Made by a program: the position numbers and the translations under genes | The notes under the pieces: model-generated | Seen by the model: only the letters and a program-made list of their open reading frames with translations | Database searches by the model: none | What the model was told of the DNA's origin: nothing | Origin: Mizuhopecten yessoensis | Lineage: Eukaryota | NCBI RefSeq assembly: GCF_002113885.1 | Contig: NW_018408909.1 | Span: forward strand, 130,922 to 194,921 | DNA: 64,000 nucleotides | Reading direction: 5' to 3' | In this document: positions 11,998 through 26,900 of the stretch, piece after piece | Position numbering within the stretch: the stretch's first letter is position 1 | Layout: each line of letters begins with the position of its first letter

Positions 11998-14900
11998 GTA
12001 AGTATTCTCCACGACTTGAAAGATTTCAGACGAATCCGTGGTCCTTTTTACTTTCATGAAAATGCATCCCATCGATAAATCTATCTTACAAAACAAATCA
12101 CCATGCATTTTTTACATGCTTTCAACGAACCTATGAATAAAGATGTGCATAAATATTTTGCAGCGTGCCTGATAGTCTGGTACACTCATTTTGATATTTT
12201 TTAAAAACAATATGTTTTACCGGTACTGAATAAAAGTAAAAGATACAGTTACAATCCTTTTGTTTATTAACTATAGAAAATTGTACGTTTGCATATACTG
12301 CCCGATAGTGATATGTAAATTATAAGCTACTGTATCAAATAAGTATCGAAACACAATTCAAGTCGGTATTGAAACACAATTTTTAAAAATATTTTGAAAT
12401 TTGCATCAATCAAATACATAGATCACATTCTGTGATAGTTTTGTAAGAAGGACGAGGAAAAGCGATAAAGATAGTGCCGTCGCTGGGGCTCGGACCCGCA
12501 GTCCTTGGCTCTCCAGCCGGATGCTTGAGCTAAAGGGAAATTCCCTACAGCTGATGCTTGTAAGGCAACCTAATCTCTGCACCCCTTCTTTTACACTATT
12601 CCCCCCTTTTTCAATCACCAACCCAGGTTCTTTGACTCCCCACTAAGGGTTCTTCTACCTTGAATGGGGAGGGTCAACGCCACGGACCAGTTTTTAGTAG
12701 GACAAGGAATAGTGATTAAGATAGTGCTGTCGCTGGGGCTCAAACCTGAGACCATTGGCTCTCCAGCCTGATGCTCAACAGCTGAGCTAAAGGGAAATTC
12801 ACTACAACCAATGCTTGTAAGGCAACCAAATCAATGCACATCTGTTACAGTTAAAGAGTTTTCAACAGGCCATTTTATACAAATTTGACATGCCATCCAA
12901 GTTAAAAGGCAATGATGAAGTGTTGTAAATTACAAGTGATCTTGGAACAGTGATAAATCTACATGCGAGTCCCGAGTCCTATATACTCACAGAATGTTTA
13001 TGGGACTCACAGAATTTCTGGAAATACTTCAATTTAATATTGTGGGACTCATTGTTTTTAGCAATACAGTTGAAAATTACTCGTAAAAATGAATTGTAGA
13101 TTAATCACTGTTGGAACAATTAGAACATCTTTGGTGTATACAAGCATAAGGTATCAAGAATATAACAAGGCATTAATGATTTAATATAAGTTATACAATG
13201 TAACAAAGCATACATTGTGCGCTTTGGAAGGCACAGGATCGATTTAATACCCGGCCGAGGTAGAGGAGGCCAGGTATTAATATTACTACCACACAGGTAC
13301 AGGTGTGGTATGCAAATTCCACTTGTGCTAATTCACCTTTCACTTCGATATCCCATCATGTTTGGCTGGTTTGCAGATGGTTATTGTGCCCTAATAATAT
13401 TATTTATAGGGTCAGTTTCAACAGGATTGGAACATGCCCTCATTTACGAACCACATGAGTTAGCTATAGGAATATTGTGATGTCAAAACTAATCTCTTCT
13501 GATTTGTCTTTTCAAGTTTCAAAACTCAAAGTAGCTTCTAAGCTAGTGATATGTATCTATTCAAGGCCAAAACAATTTTTGTTGTGTTTCTGCCTTCATA
13601 CGATACCGCATAAAATAGGGAAGGTACTGTAGGTTTCGGAAAATACTTATTTCAGTTTTTACTCAGGTAGATAAAAATATAAGGAAATCCAACTTTTACT
13701 GGCCCTAACATGAAAAAGCCAATAAAACTTAAGCTTGCATGGTTGGTACAAAGTTTTTGGGGTACAGTCGTTTCGGTACACGGTAGGTTCGGTACTTCAA
13801 AAATAAGAGGTTTCGGTACTTTTTGTAAGTAGTTTAGGTACTTTTTGTAAGTTGTTTCGGTACTTCAACAATTTTTTCGGAACTTCGTTTTTTAGTTAAT
13901 AAATATTTCTCATTTGTCATTCGTTTATTAGTTAATAAATATTATTTATTGATGGTTGTTTATTTAACGTTTGCTTTTTTAACTGAGCAGCTGAGTAGAT
14001 CGGAGTAGATCGGAGTAGCTCTTTAGGAGAGAAACTCAAGACAACGTTGAGGGAATTCACCAACTTGTCATAAAAATGACGGTTCCGCTATCAAATTTAT
14101 CAAAAAACTCATCATGTCTTCGGATGATACGTGTATTCAGTGTGATGGCGTTGTTCTGATCTGATACAAACAAGTGTATTATAGCACAAGTTTGACTTTG
14201 AGTTACTTCCCTTGAAGGTATACAGCACGCAAAAAGTGGTGACGTTGACTAAAACTTGGTACCAAAGTGTGTTTTCCATAAGTACCTAATCGATTTTCAG
14301 AAGTACCGAAACAACTTTCAAAAGTACCGAAACGACTTTCAGAAATACCGAAACGACTTTCAGAAGTACCGAAACGACCGGGTACCTAAACGACCTAAAT
14401 TCAAAGTTTTTGACCCTAACTTTCAAGGTCCTAGGTTTGAATCTCAGTTTGGCTATTTTCATTTATGTCTCCTGTCCCGTTAGTATTGTGTATGTATACA
14501 CAGGGATAATGAACTGGTAATCTCTCTTAAGAGGAAAAGATACAAACATTTGCTTCTTTTTGCTTACAGATTGTGCAATTTGTCTAAAGTTATTTCAATG
14601 TCAAATTGCAGTGTTAACATTTTATTTCCATTGTTTGGCTTTGACTTTCTGTTATTGTAGACGAAGAAAGATGTCAGGTTGGTGGCTTCCAGATGAGCAA
14701 GAAGGACATTATGTCCTTTGTGAATTTTGTTTGTGTTTGGCCACAAAGGTTTGTAGAGTTTATATATATATTTATATTTTACTTTAATATTGCAGAACAA
14801 TGAAAAGATATCAGAAAGTTTTTTTTTTATTTCACAAAAGTAGACCGTTTTCTCCAGTTTATAGTGAGATATTGATGGTTTTCAAATAAAGACAATGTGG

Positions 14901-17900
14901 GAAGTGAAATCTGATTTAAAAAAACATGTTAAACTTATAATGTCAACAAGATTTATACATAATGGGATATATACACTTCTGTCTCTGGTTTCAGTAACCT
15001 GTGTTTCTTTATAGATCTAGATCTACATTGTATTCACTCGTTCTTTAGACAATACACTAGTGTTAGAGAAAGTATAAAGTGATGTGGATTATAAAGAATT
15101 TGTGTAGCTGATGACCAAGTGCTGATTTTCAGTGAACATTACAAAATGAAATATTTTCCTCGCTTTTATTCCATTGTAGACAATGTATGTGTTGCTTCAA
15201 AAATTCGAAAAATTTCGAAAAACTGAACAACATGGTGCAGTTGATATTGAGTGTAGCTATCCGAGTGATTCAGACATTACCTGAAGATTTCCAGCAAGAA
15301 CAGCAGCGACAGAAAGACAAAGAAGCTGCTCAGACTGAGGAGAAAAGTTTAGACTCAAAAGAGAAAGAGGAGAAAGATTCAGAGAAGAAAGAAGGAAAAC
15401 AGGAGAAAGAAGAGAAAAGTATGGATACTGATGAAGATGATGAATCAGAAGATCCAGAGAAATGGAGCATGGAGGAAAAAGAGAAATTACTTCATTCTGT
15501 AACGAAAATCTTTCTGATGAACTTCCCATCCTACATAGCTTACAAACATGTTGTTCATCCATCTCGTGAGGCAAGTTCCTTTTGTTATAAGATTGTATTC
15601 TACAGTCTTCAGGTATGGTAAGAGTGGGTGACTTTGTGGTAAGAGTGGGCGACTTTGTGGTAGATTGGAACACCTTTACTGACATCAAAAACAATCTCAT
15701 ATAAAAAAAAATCTTTGTATCAGTTCATATACTGTAATAATTGCACAGGTTAGACTAAAAACTAATTTTCAAGTTTTTTCTTTAAAAAAAAAATTAAATG
15801 ATGAATGGTGCAATGAAAAGAGGCTTTTTTGTCAATATTATTGGGCATGCTTTTAGTTTCTGTTGCTTATCCTTTTCAGGACCATTCACAGCAAGAAATT
15901 AGTGCTTTGAATAGTTACTGTGAAATATCAGTAAGTAAATTACATTACATGTTATTGCTGTTTTTTGTAGCATGCTTCAATATGATACTTAGTACCCTGA
16001 CTCTGTCACTATATACATATATATTTTCAGAATTTTGGGCTTAGATATGAATCGTTTGGAATAGATTCGTAAATGGTTAAATCTAGGCAATGCGATTTAG
16101 TTTCATTCAAAGCTGGATTTATTTTGATGTTTGAAATATGATCGCTTTTGCATGTGTATTGCTCTTGAAAAAAATCCTAATTTTTGTTGAATTAATTCTG
16201 TTTGAATTTTATTCTAGACCAAGGGCCACTGTTTTTATCAGTGCCATATTTATTTTGGTCTATAGAAAAGAGGAAAACACTTACAGACAAATAAGAACAA
16301 GTCTATGTAGTTAGTGTTAGATTTTTGTAACAAATATCAGTTGTATATCAATACTTGCAATGGATTTAATCCTACCTGTATATACATCACTACAATTTTT
16401 GTGTCGCCTGCGAAGCAAAATGAGGGACCATTCTGTCAATGTTGTCATTTGAACTCAGGTTTCCACACGATAATTATGGAAAGAATGCTTTGCTTTCCAT
16501 GAAACTTCCTACAAATAGTTAAATTGTATCAATTTTCTTTTCAAGTTAGAGTTTGAATCTGATCTGATATTTGATATAGATGTGGCCATCTTGGAATTTT
16601 TCATTGGAAGTGTCTGCACAAGTTTTCATGCTATAGTTCTTGAAAGAATGCTATGATTTTCATGCAGATTTATACAAATAATTGATTAATAGTATTACTT
16701 ATCATTTCGGCTTTGAGCAGGATCTGAACATTTATATAACATCATATTTGTACATATCTAAAGAGATTTGTGCTATGGTCTAATTTGCTGAAAGTTTCCA
16801 AATGATATCTTTTGATAGAACAGTTAGATTTAGATGAAACTTGCCTGATATACATTCTACTTAAATTTTTAATGTTTATTTAGCCAAATTCTAGAATATC
16901 AAATGAGGCTCCTGCATTCTGACTAGCCAATGGATTCTGGTTGATAACTTTTGAAGGAGTTATTGGATTTTAATGAAACTTCCATACATTTAGTACATTT
17001 TCTATCCAAATTGCAAAATGTCTGGTTAAATTCACAAATATTCAATGAGGCTTCTGTGATTGATAAATAATAAAGCAAATATATTGCATTTCATTTGAAT
17101 TTTCTTCATCCTTTGTTAATTGCAATAATTCCTCCCAAGCTGGTCCAGGCGACACATTTACTCTGGTAAAATTCTTGCTATGTGTTAAAGTGTATTTTCT
17201 CTCCCCATATTACCATTCTATCACCTATACTGATCTATATATAATTATATATGTGTGACAAAGTGTCTAGTTTTAGTCAAAGGAAATGGGAGATTACATA
17301 TATATGTGATGGTAGAGGGATTTTTTCTTACTGAGATATTTGGGGCCAAAACTTGGCCCCATTCTCAATTATGTTTAGATATTTTGATATCAAGCAAAAA
17401 AACCACAAATCTTAATTTACTTAAAAATTGTTATATTTTCATTTAAAATTTCCCTTACAGATCTGTTGTAACACATTTTTTTTTTTTTAAAGGATAGAGG
17501 AGAAGGGGAATACTTGGATTTTGATGCTTCTATACTATATGCCATAGTGTTTTCCCAATCTGATGAAATTCAGAGGAGAAACCCTGTGATATATTGTTTA
17601 TGTATGATAATCATAATAGACTGTGATCGCTTTATATCAATCATTGTGGTTCTTTGTTTTTGATTGTTTCAGTCATTTAATGTTTAATTTAAAAAAAAAA
17701 CATCTCTTTTTAGAAAAGGGGGAGAGGAGATAGAAGCTTAGATGATAAAAAGTACTGTCTTTACTTTGCTATGTTCCGCACAAGAAAATAGATTATGATA
17801 TTGTTAAACTTGGGGAATGAAATCTTGGTTAGCTGAAGTGCGATTCAGTGACATAAAGAGATTAAATTTCTCTAAAGCCTTGTTATCTCAAAATCAATGC

Positions 17901-20900
17901 ATTTTCTAGGATAAAAAAACCCGTTTATAATCCCTAATTGTTAAGATTGTGACTTGGTAAAATTTATGTGAAAATTCATAAACAAATCGGTAGAACAGAT
18001 AAAGCAAATTATTTTTATTGTAAACATATGGTATTTGTATTTTACTGTGTTGTTGATATGCTTGTAGTTGGATTTACTTAAATGCCAGTAGGCAAACATT
18101 TCAAAGATCATACTTCTTAGACATGCTAGATGGCTTCAATCATATTCCAAAAAGAAGTGCATCTGAATAGTTTGTTAGAATTTTGACATGCTTGTTCTAA
18201 AATTTATGTTTTGTTCTTTTGGTATTTATAGACTATTTAAAAGTTTGAGATAACAAGTTTAAGCTATTTACGAATACATTGTACTTGTATTTTTTTCTGG
18301 GTATACTTCTCTCAGAAAAGTCTGAAAAGATGATAGATAACAGCAATGACTGGCATAAATCCAGGGGGAAAATGTTCTGAATTATTGCTGTCTAACACTC
18401 GGTTGACTTGGCAGTTATGTGTGCCATGTATACAAAATTAAAAATTAATATTGCTTAATTTGACGGAGGAATTAAAACTGAAAACATGAAAACTACATGA
18501 CTTTAATAAATATCTATTTATATTTAAAATGCATATAAAGATCATTAATAGTTGCATTTTTTTTTTCAAAAAATGAAATGTGTCAAATTGGGTTATCATG
18601 TTATGTCCCTGGAGCAATTTTTCTGCAAGAACATTAAATTCAATGAAAAAATTATATAGATTTAGGGCATTAACACTAAAATATTTCTGTTATTTATATA
18701 TTCATAATTGGTTTTTATTTTATTTTATCATTCAGTGTATTTAACATCTATTACAACTACATATAACACCAGAAATCTACCCAACAATCAATAGTGTTAT
18801 ATATATTTAGTTTGTAGTTCAAGCATGGAGGAAATATTTGTATTACTAACCCAAACTTAAATATCAGCAGTGTTATTAGTACTGATGTTTAAGTTTTTAT
18901 TCATCAAAATGATTTTGTCTTTATTTATTTCATAATATATTATAGCATTTTTAGCTCACTGGTCCAAAGGACCGAAGAGAGCTTACACCATACAATTTCT
19001 TCAGACAACTTCTTCTCAAAAAATGATGGAATTTAACAAAAATTTGACTAGAATAATCGCTATGTGGTGGGTATTCAAAATTGTGCAAGTGGTGGGACTG
19101 ACCCACAGTGCACAGAATTCGAAGGGCATGGCCAAAAAGGGGTTAATTTGGCAATGTTACTTTAAACGACCTTATCTGAATTGCTGATTTGAATTTAACC
19201 AAATTTCACTGAAACTCGAAAGAATACTTACCCGTATGTGATAAAGATAAATAAAAAATTGTACAAATAGTGGGGCTGACCTCCCAAGGGTCTGAGGGAT
19301 GAGTATTAAATGAGGTGAATACATGAATATTGACCATGTTGGTTGGCAATATCCTCAAGTTGTACCAACAGAAAAGCTGACCCATCGAGGCTGAAGGGTT
19401 GGGCCAAACAAGATTTAGATAAATTGGAAATGGTTGAGATCCCCATCGCTATAATGGTAACCATATATATGAGGACCCACCCTTGAAAACGAAGTCCCTG
19501 GGTCATAATATAACTTTGAGATGATTGAGATCATCCCCCCAAAGAGATGAACAAAATCAAGAATTGGCCCATCCCTAGGGACTAGGTTCCTGGGTCACAA
19601 CTTGGAAACAGATGGGTTCCCCACATATAACCATATATACAATTGCTGAGTATAAAGAGATTACTACACATACCTATGCTTAGTGTTACCAGGATGGGCC
19701 CTTGGTTTTGTCTAAGCCTTGGAGACTTAGTCCCTGGGTCATTACTTTGATCCCCAACACATAACCACCATATATGCAATAGCTATGCTACCAGAAATGG
19801 CATTAGGGTCTGCTCCAACCCTGGTTACTTAGTATCTGTGTCATGGCTTTGAAATGGTTGAGATTTTGATCGTGAGCCCTTCTTCAGATATACAATTGCT
19901 GGGCATCAAGAGATGTACAGTCATACTACAAGATTTGGCCTTGGAGTGGTCTGTCCTCTTTCTTAGGGACTTACTTCTTAGGTCATATCATAAAAAAACT
20001 TTTGTGATCCCCACTATATAACAATATATACTATTGCTGGTCATGAAGATTTGAATATATACAATAACATGCTACCAGGATAAGCACTGGGGACTGGCCC
20101 TATCCCTAGATCTGATTGTAATACTGATTTTAAATGAGAATAGTTTGACATGATAGCTTAGATATCCAGACGGCTCTTGTTCTTTAAAAGAAAATATTGA
20201 TGTGATAAAGTTTTGATTTTGAAATTGTTATGTTGGTATGGACTTGATAAATAATCTAGACCGATCATACTAAGATATCCCAAGTAGCTGATGCTTTTAG
20301 ATCTGTAAGGTATAGGTTGGTTTATTTGAGGTTTTATGGAAGGATATATGTTTTTCATTGCAGGATCCTGAGGTTCCGCTGTTCCTGCTTCAGAATGTGT
20401 GCTATTTCTGTGATAGTAATGGCATTGGTGCTCTGCGTCAGTGTTTTGAAAAAGGAACTCCGGACACACTGCCTTTTACATTTGCTCATATACTCATCAC
20501 CCTTATCGCAAATGTAAGTTCAGTAGGCCCTGGTGGTTACACACTGGAACATAATGCCAAAAAATATGTAATATTCTATAAAGAAAAACAAGATAACAAT
20601 TACAAGTTAATGTGTGTAATTCACTAGTAGATAAAGGACATTTAAATAATTTTTATTTCCAACCATAGTTTTAAGATATTATTGTAGTAGATTACAAACA
20701 AACAAATCAGTTTGATGTTACTTTCATTTTACGTTTTTCAATGTTTTTCATTGCAGTTACGCTTATGGATGAATATTCCGACTGTGATGCAATACATAAT
20801 ACCCCTGAGGACGGCTGTAATAAGGTAATCATTTCCCCCCTGCCTGTGGTGTATCATACAAATATTCCACATGTGACGGCTGTCGTATAGAAGTGTGGAA

Positions 20901-23900
20901 CAAGATAATATAGTTTGAGCTCATTTTCTTTGTTTCTCGGCTGATGTTCTGAAACATGTCATCTCAATGACTCATGGTTTCTTTAAATTGACATTATGGT
21001 CAGCAGACAGTCATGAACAGACATCACCTCATGGAAATAAACAATTATTAACAAAGCTTGCTGTGAAGATGCTACAGAGTGCTTTAATTTTTGAGTGTAT
21101 GTTCCACTGTACATGTTATACTATAATTTCTTCTGCTCTTCATATGACCTTATTTGATATTGAGGAAGTGAATTCTTAAACAAGTTATTTAAATATGTTC
21201 TTGGTTATTTTATGTTATCTAGAAAATATTCCACCCTTTATTGATGTATTCACACTGTCAGCATCTTATTTTTTTTACCAAGATTCTAGGTAGATAAGAG
21301 GTGGAAATAATATGGTCAATCATTATGTAGGTAAAACATGTATGGGAATTTGACTCGCTGGTGAAGAATTTCCATATCTAACACCAGAACCAGTATCTGA
21401 TAGATTTCCTTAGTCATGGGAGTGGTTATGCATTTGGTATTATGTTTTCCCAAAAGCATCCGGGGGGGGGGGGACAAAGTACCTCTGCCATAAAATATAT
21501 CTACATATTTGGTGAAAAACTCGAGAGTACTATGGTATACATGTTATGATTTATAGTTTGATTCATGTTGTTGAAATTTCATGCAAATAATAACATTTAT
21601 GTGTATGCTTTATGTCAAATTTTATGACTGCTATGGCCTCTGATTGGCTGACACAAAGTTATAACTCAAGTTCTAGTGGGTTGGTTAAGTTCATGATTTG
21701 TGGGGGTTCATTTGGTCAGATTTGATCACCAAAATTGTAACATATCATTTCGAAATGAAAAGGTAATTCAGGAAACATCTGTCACACTCCTAGTAAGAAT
21801 TTGTTCTGGTACAAATCTGGATGGAAATGTAGTGTAGAATGGAATATTCTAGAATGAAAATACTGTATATTTGTAGATATATGTGTAAGCTATCTGACAA
21901 GGACTTGCGGATGGCAGGAAATCGTAATATGACAGACCTGATGTGGGCGGCAGTCAAGGAGCCCCTGGAGGCCCACTTCACCTTTGACAAGGAGGGACTT
22001 GACCTGGCCTTTAAGTACTTCACCTGCTCCACCCTTACCATTAGGCTGGCTGGGATAGCCCAGATAAATGTAAGTCGGTCCCACCTCTGCTGGTCAGTTC
22101 ACTGTTGTCTGTCCCGGTCAGTTCAGTTTTGACCGAATGTCCAAACTGTACACAACCTTAAACATTTGAATATTATGGAGTGTCCAAGTCTCTCGAATCG
22201 AAATCCAGGTCACCACTTTAAAATACATATTTCTGCTTGTTTAGGACATTCTGCAACCAGTGTAGATTATTATTTATCTTTAAATGCTTCTTAAACTATA
22301 TCATGGGTCGATTAGTACTTGGAATTATTTTTGAACTTGTTTTTTTCGTAAATTCAAACTCATCATTAATTGAACGTCCTGATGGCTGGCTCCCGTCACC
22401 TTCCAAACACTACTTTTAAAAAAAAAAATGCATTTCTGGAGGGAAATATCAGCATTTTATATAGCTCTGATGTATTATCGTGTTTAAGTGCATCCGCTGA
22501 TTGTTGAAATGTTTTCAAGTAGATAAAAACTAACATGTTCGGAGAACTCCCCTTCTACTTGCTCCAACAGCCGCCATCTTTGAAATAGTCCCAACATTTT
22601 TCAATGCACAGGCTACACTACAGTAAATAGAGCAACTTTAAAATTTTGAAAACTTTTCAAAATTCATTCTTGTATGTTGAATGTAGGTTTTCTTTGTCAG
22701 AAACATTCTCTCTTTATATCTTGTAAATGATACATGACTGATGTACATTACACATTCTTAGTGTTTGTATAAATACTTGCTTTTAATATGCTACTGTTTC
22801 TTTTCTTTTAGAATCAAATTAACTTGTACAATGAGAGTTGTAATAATGAGACACTACTTGATGCTGACAGGTAAGTATTGTACTTATTATATATAATCAA
22901 CACAATAATATTAAAGCTTTCTCCAAACTGTTTAGTATATATTAAGATAATCTGTTTGAATGAATATCTGGAAAGGACTTTGATATTACATGCTTAGTGT
23001 GTGTCATAATGGAAATCCCTTGTTCACACAAAATAGTCGAAAACTGATATGAACTTAAACATGAAATGTATCATATATTTTGAGTGTCTGTAAAAGTACA
23101 ATGCTACATGTTTGATTTGATATATGAAGAGTCCAGTTTTAGTACACAGGAAATTTTGATAATGTCCTGTCTCGGTAGATGATAAAATATTCCTCTCTTT
23201 TCTTTTACAGAGTTGGCCATCATTTGTCTCAGTGGTTGTTAGATAACAAGATTATAGAACATATATTTGGACCAAATCTACATGTAGAGGTAAGACTCAA
23301 TATCATTCTGTTCATCCTGTATGTGAAAGTATAACCTAGAAATAAAAGAAAGTACTATTAGGCCAAATAATTTGACTTTGTATGAGCTGTCCTGTTTTTG
23401 AAACTGGTTTTGATAACAATTTGTCATTCTGCTACTTGATACCGCTATATATGAACAGATTGACATTATGATTTTCTATTTTACCTGAAAGTGTAGTATA
23501 ATCTATCAATCTATTTCAGAGGTTTTATTCATTGAAATTTGCCCTGAGAATTTTATCTTAGATTTCTGTTCAAAAGTTTAAAAATGATGATGCTTATATC
23601 ATTCCAATGTAAAAATGCTTTGGCTAAATGATTTGTGATCTTTTTAATAGTATTTGACAAAAAAATGATCTTTTGTTGTTACGAGTACAGTAATGCGGAT
23701 GCACACAGTGCATTTTCAGAATTAAAAGCCCCACAGCCATGATTCTAAAATAGAGAGAAAAAATTATGAATGTATTTATGAATACAAATTTTCACTGATG
23801 ATGTTGCATTTATAATTATGATTTGTGATAATTATATATATAAATGCATGGTTCTGTAAATCTTTTTTCAGCTCATAAAACAGAGCCAGTTGATCTTGAA

Positions 23901-26900
23901 TTTATTAGCAATGGAAGGCAAGATCACCAGTGAGCACATTGACTGTGTTTGGGCTTCTAGTCAGGTAGGTTATCTAGACTTATGTGTTATGATGTATGCT
24001 TGTTACGATACTCACCATTACAATCAGCTCCTCAGGAGAGATGTTTTCAGGCAGGATGTGAAGGGTAGAAACACCTGTGCTGAGAGCTCAGCCTTGTAGA
24101 TCAATGACAGTGACGCAGTTTTTACAGTGTCAGAAATTATAAGTTAGAGCCACTGTAAATATGAAAACAAATCAAAATGTTTGTATTTGTGAATATCATA
24201 TTTCTACAATTGAATAAAAATAAAACTTGAGTGAATGTAAGAATAGCATTTTATATAATCTTGTGTGCTTTGATCTCTGAAATGCAAGATCCATTATTAT
24301 AAGCTGATTATCAGTTGAAGCACTAGTAAACAACTGTTTGTTGTGATGATGTTGCATTGATTTGATTTGGTTGTTTCATTTGAAGCATTTGGTTTTATTG
24401 TTTCAGTTGAAGCATTGTAGTAAACAAGTGTATGACATCCTGATCCCACTGATCAAGAATCTTGATGTCCATCCGGTGCAGCATCTACTCAGACTTGTGT
24501 CCGCACTGGAACCCACCTCACACACAGAATCTGTAAGACCACTTTCCTTTACTGATTAGGATAGTTTCCTGGGTCTAGTGACTGAAGATAGTATTTTGGC
24601 AACTTTGTTAAGTTAATATTTGAGCAACTTGGTTAGGTTATAGAGTGTAAAAATCCACTAGTCAAAAGCCGAACTCCGGTAAATTTTATAACAGTTTGTG
24701 GAAATTTACAGTGTTTACTATGAAAATATAGCCCAGACAAGTAGATCTATTCTAAATCTGCCTGTGGGATTAATCATATAATTTGTTTACAGACGTTGTA
24801 CCTTGCCTCTGCCCTGATCAAGTGTATTTGGAACACGTGTGTAGCGTCCCAGACCTCTGTGTCACAGCACCACGCCCACGCACAGGCCCAGTACACTGCT
24901 CTACAGCAGGATGAGGACATGCACGAAGGTAGGAAGCACTTAACTTGTAATGTTTTAGAAACCTCTTCAATTTTATACCTTAACTTGATGTCAAAAATAT
25001 TGGATAACCTCTTTATTTGTAGGTAAGGATCAGCAGTTGTTTTGTTGTATGTTGAAATTGTATACCAAATACATAATGCAAAATTGCACATGCAATTAGA
25101 TTGATTTAAATAGTAAAGCACGCAAGGAAAGGTAGAGTTTGTCTATTTTGTTACCAATAACAAACTTTTATTAAATTTGGAAATTGGGGTATTTATTTTG
25201 AGGGACATAATGCTTTAATAAATAGAATTGACCGTTACAGTTTATGTGTTGTCAGGTGAAGGGAAAGCTGGCAAGCACGAGATGAGTAGTAGTGAGAGTA
25301 TCCAGATGTCTGAGGATGGAGAGAGTGAAAAGTGCTGTAACAAGGTAAGACATACATGTAAATAATACACAGACGAGTATGTCTACCAGCTAACTCCTGA
25401 TGTTGATACAATACTGAACATTGATTTAGTTGATTTTGATCAGAAAAAGAGATGAAATAACTATAACTGATGTATATATTTTTCTGCATTCTGTACAATT
25501 TCAGCCTAAATTACAATCCCAGAAAAGAGGAAGTCCCGCTAAAAAGACGCCAAGGAGTAAAGACCAAATCCAGAAGGTCAAAGACAGTCAGCATGAAAAA
25601 CACATGGACGATGTGGACTCTGAGGGTCTACATGGTCACAGTGGTGACAGCGAACTTGATCACAGTGGTGAGTCAGATGACCACAGGCATGTTCATCGTC
25701 ATCCAATTCGCCATCCCCGGCGTGATAGTGAGGCGAGTGACAGTGAGATTGATGGCAGCGAGTCTAGTGAGGATGAGGAACTAGAGGAAGGAGAGGTGGC
25801 TGATAGCAGGCACCGCCAACAATTGCTCCAGGCCCACCGCCGGGCCGTAGCCAAGTACCACTGCAACCACCACCACGCACACCACCATGACACGTCAGAG
25901 GAAGAAGAGGAAGAGGAGGAGGAAGATGACTCAGAATACCTAGAGGACTCTGAAGATGAGGAACTTCTAAAGGAAGCCAAACTGGTTCACATGAAGCATA
26001 CTTGTCAGGACAGTGAGGGAAGTTCCGATTTTGAGGATGAGGCTCGGATGGTCCATGAGGGGAAAATGTCATACCAAATGGCCCAGAGGATTCTCAGGAA
26101 ACACCACCAACAGCAGCAGAGAATACTACACCAGGCACACCAGCTGGCCCTCCAGAGTCAACAGAAGGTCAGGAGGCGAGGTGAACGACCCAAGGATCAA
26201 GGGCAGAGGAAGGTGAAGTCAGGTGAAGATCAACCAGAGGCCAGTGAGGAAGATAAGGGGGAGGACAAAGATGCTAGTCAGGAGCTTGTCAAACAGGAGG
26301 ACCTTGCTAACACCTCCCTGGTAAGTGGTCATTTATAGTTGCATAAAAGAAACTGGGAAATGCCTCAATTAATGCAACTGATATTTAATTTTAAATAACT
26401 TTAAGGATTTAGGAAGTCTGTGAATATTTGAGATTGCCATTAATGATGATTTAAATCATGCTATCATAAGTGAAGCCTACCTCAACTTTAAAAAGAAGAG
26501 AGAAAATGAAAATGATACCAGCTATTGATCTATGGTGGAAATGAAAAGTCCAATGCAAGAAATGAGATCGATTGTATCTATTTGACAGGAGTCCATTGAG
26601 TCCGATGTGGCCATGCACGGTGGGAGTCAGGACAGTGGACTGGAGCAGGCTGAGGGAGGCCACTCCCCTGGAGGTCTCACCCCAGGACAAGAGACTGAGA
26701 TATTTGACTGTTCCTCATTCATACAGCAAGTGGGAGTACAGCGCCAGAGGCAGAGACACATACAGGGGTAACTGTTGTGCTATCACTTTATCTCTCAAAA
26801 TAGATATGTTGACTTGGAGATTAAGAAGGATAGGGAATAGAAAGGTTTAGTTTCTTGAGAAAAGTTAGTTTTGCTGAGGCAAAGATAAGCTCCAATTTCC

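Noticed and set aside
12470-12800. Functional tRNA genes
   Set aside because: Cloverleaf stems are broken; the tRNA-like segments are parts of LTR-like direct repeats
13244-13280. 13-bp imperfect hairpin TTAATACCCGGCC/GGCCAGGTATTAA
   Set aside because: Single short stem with no family or boxes; probably a transposon remnant
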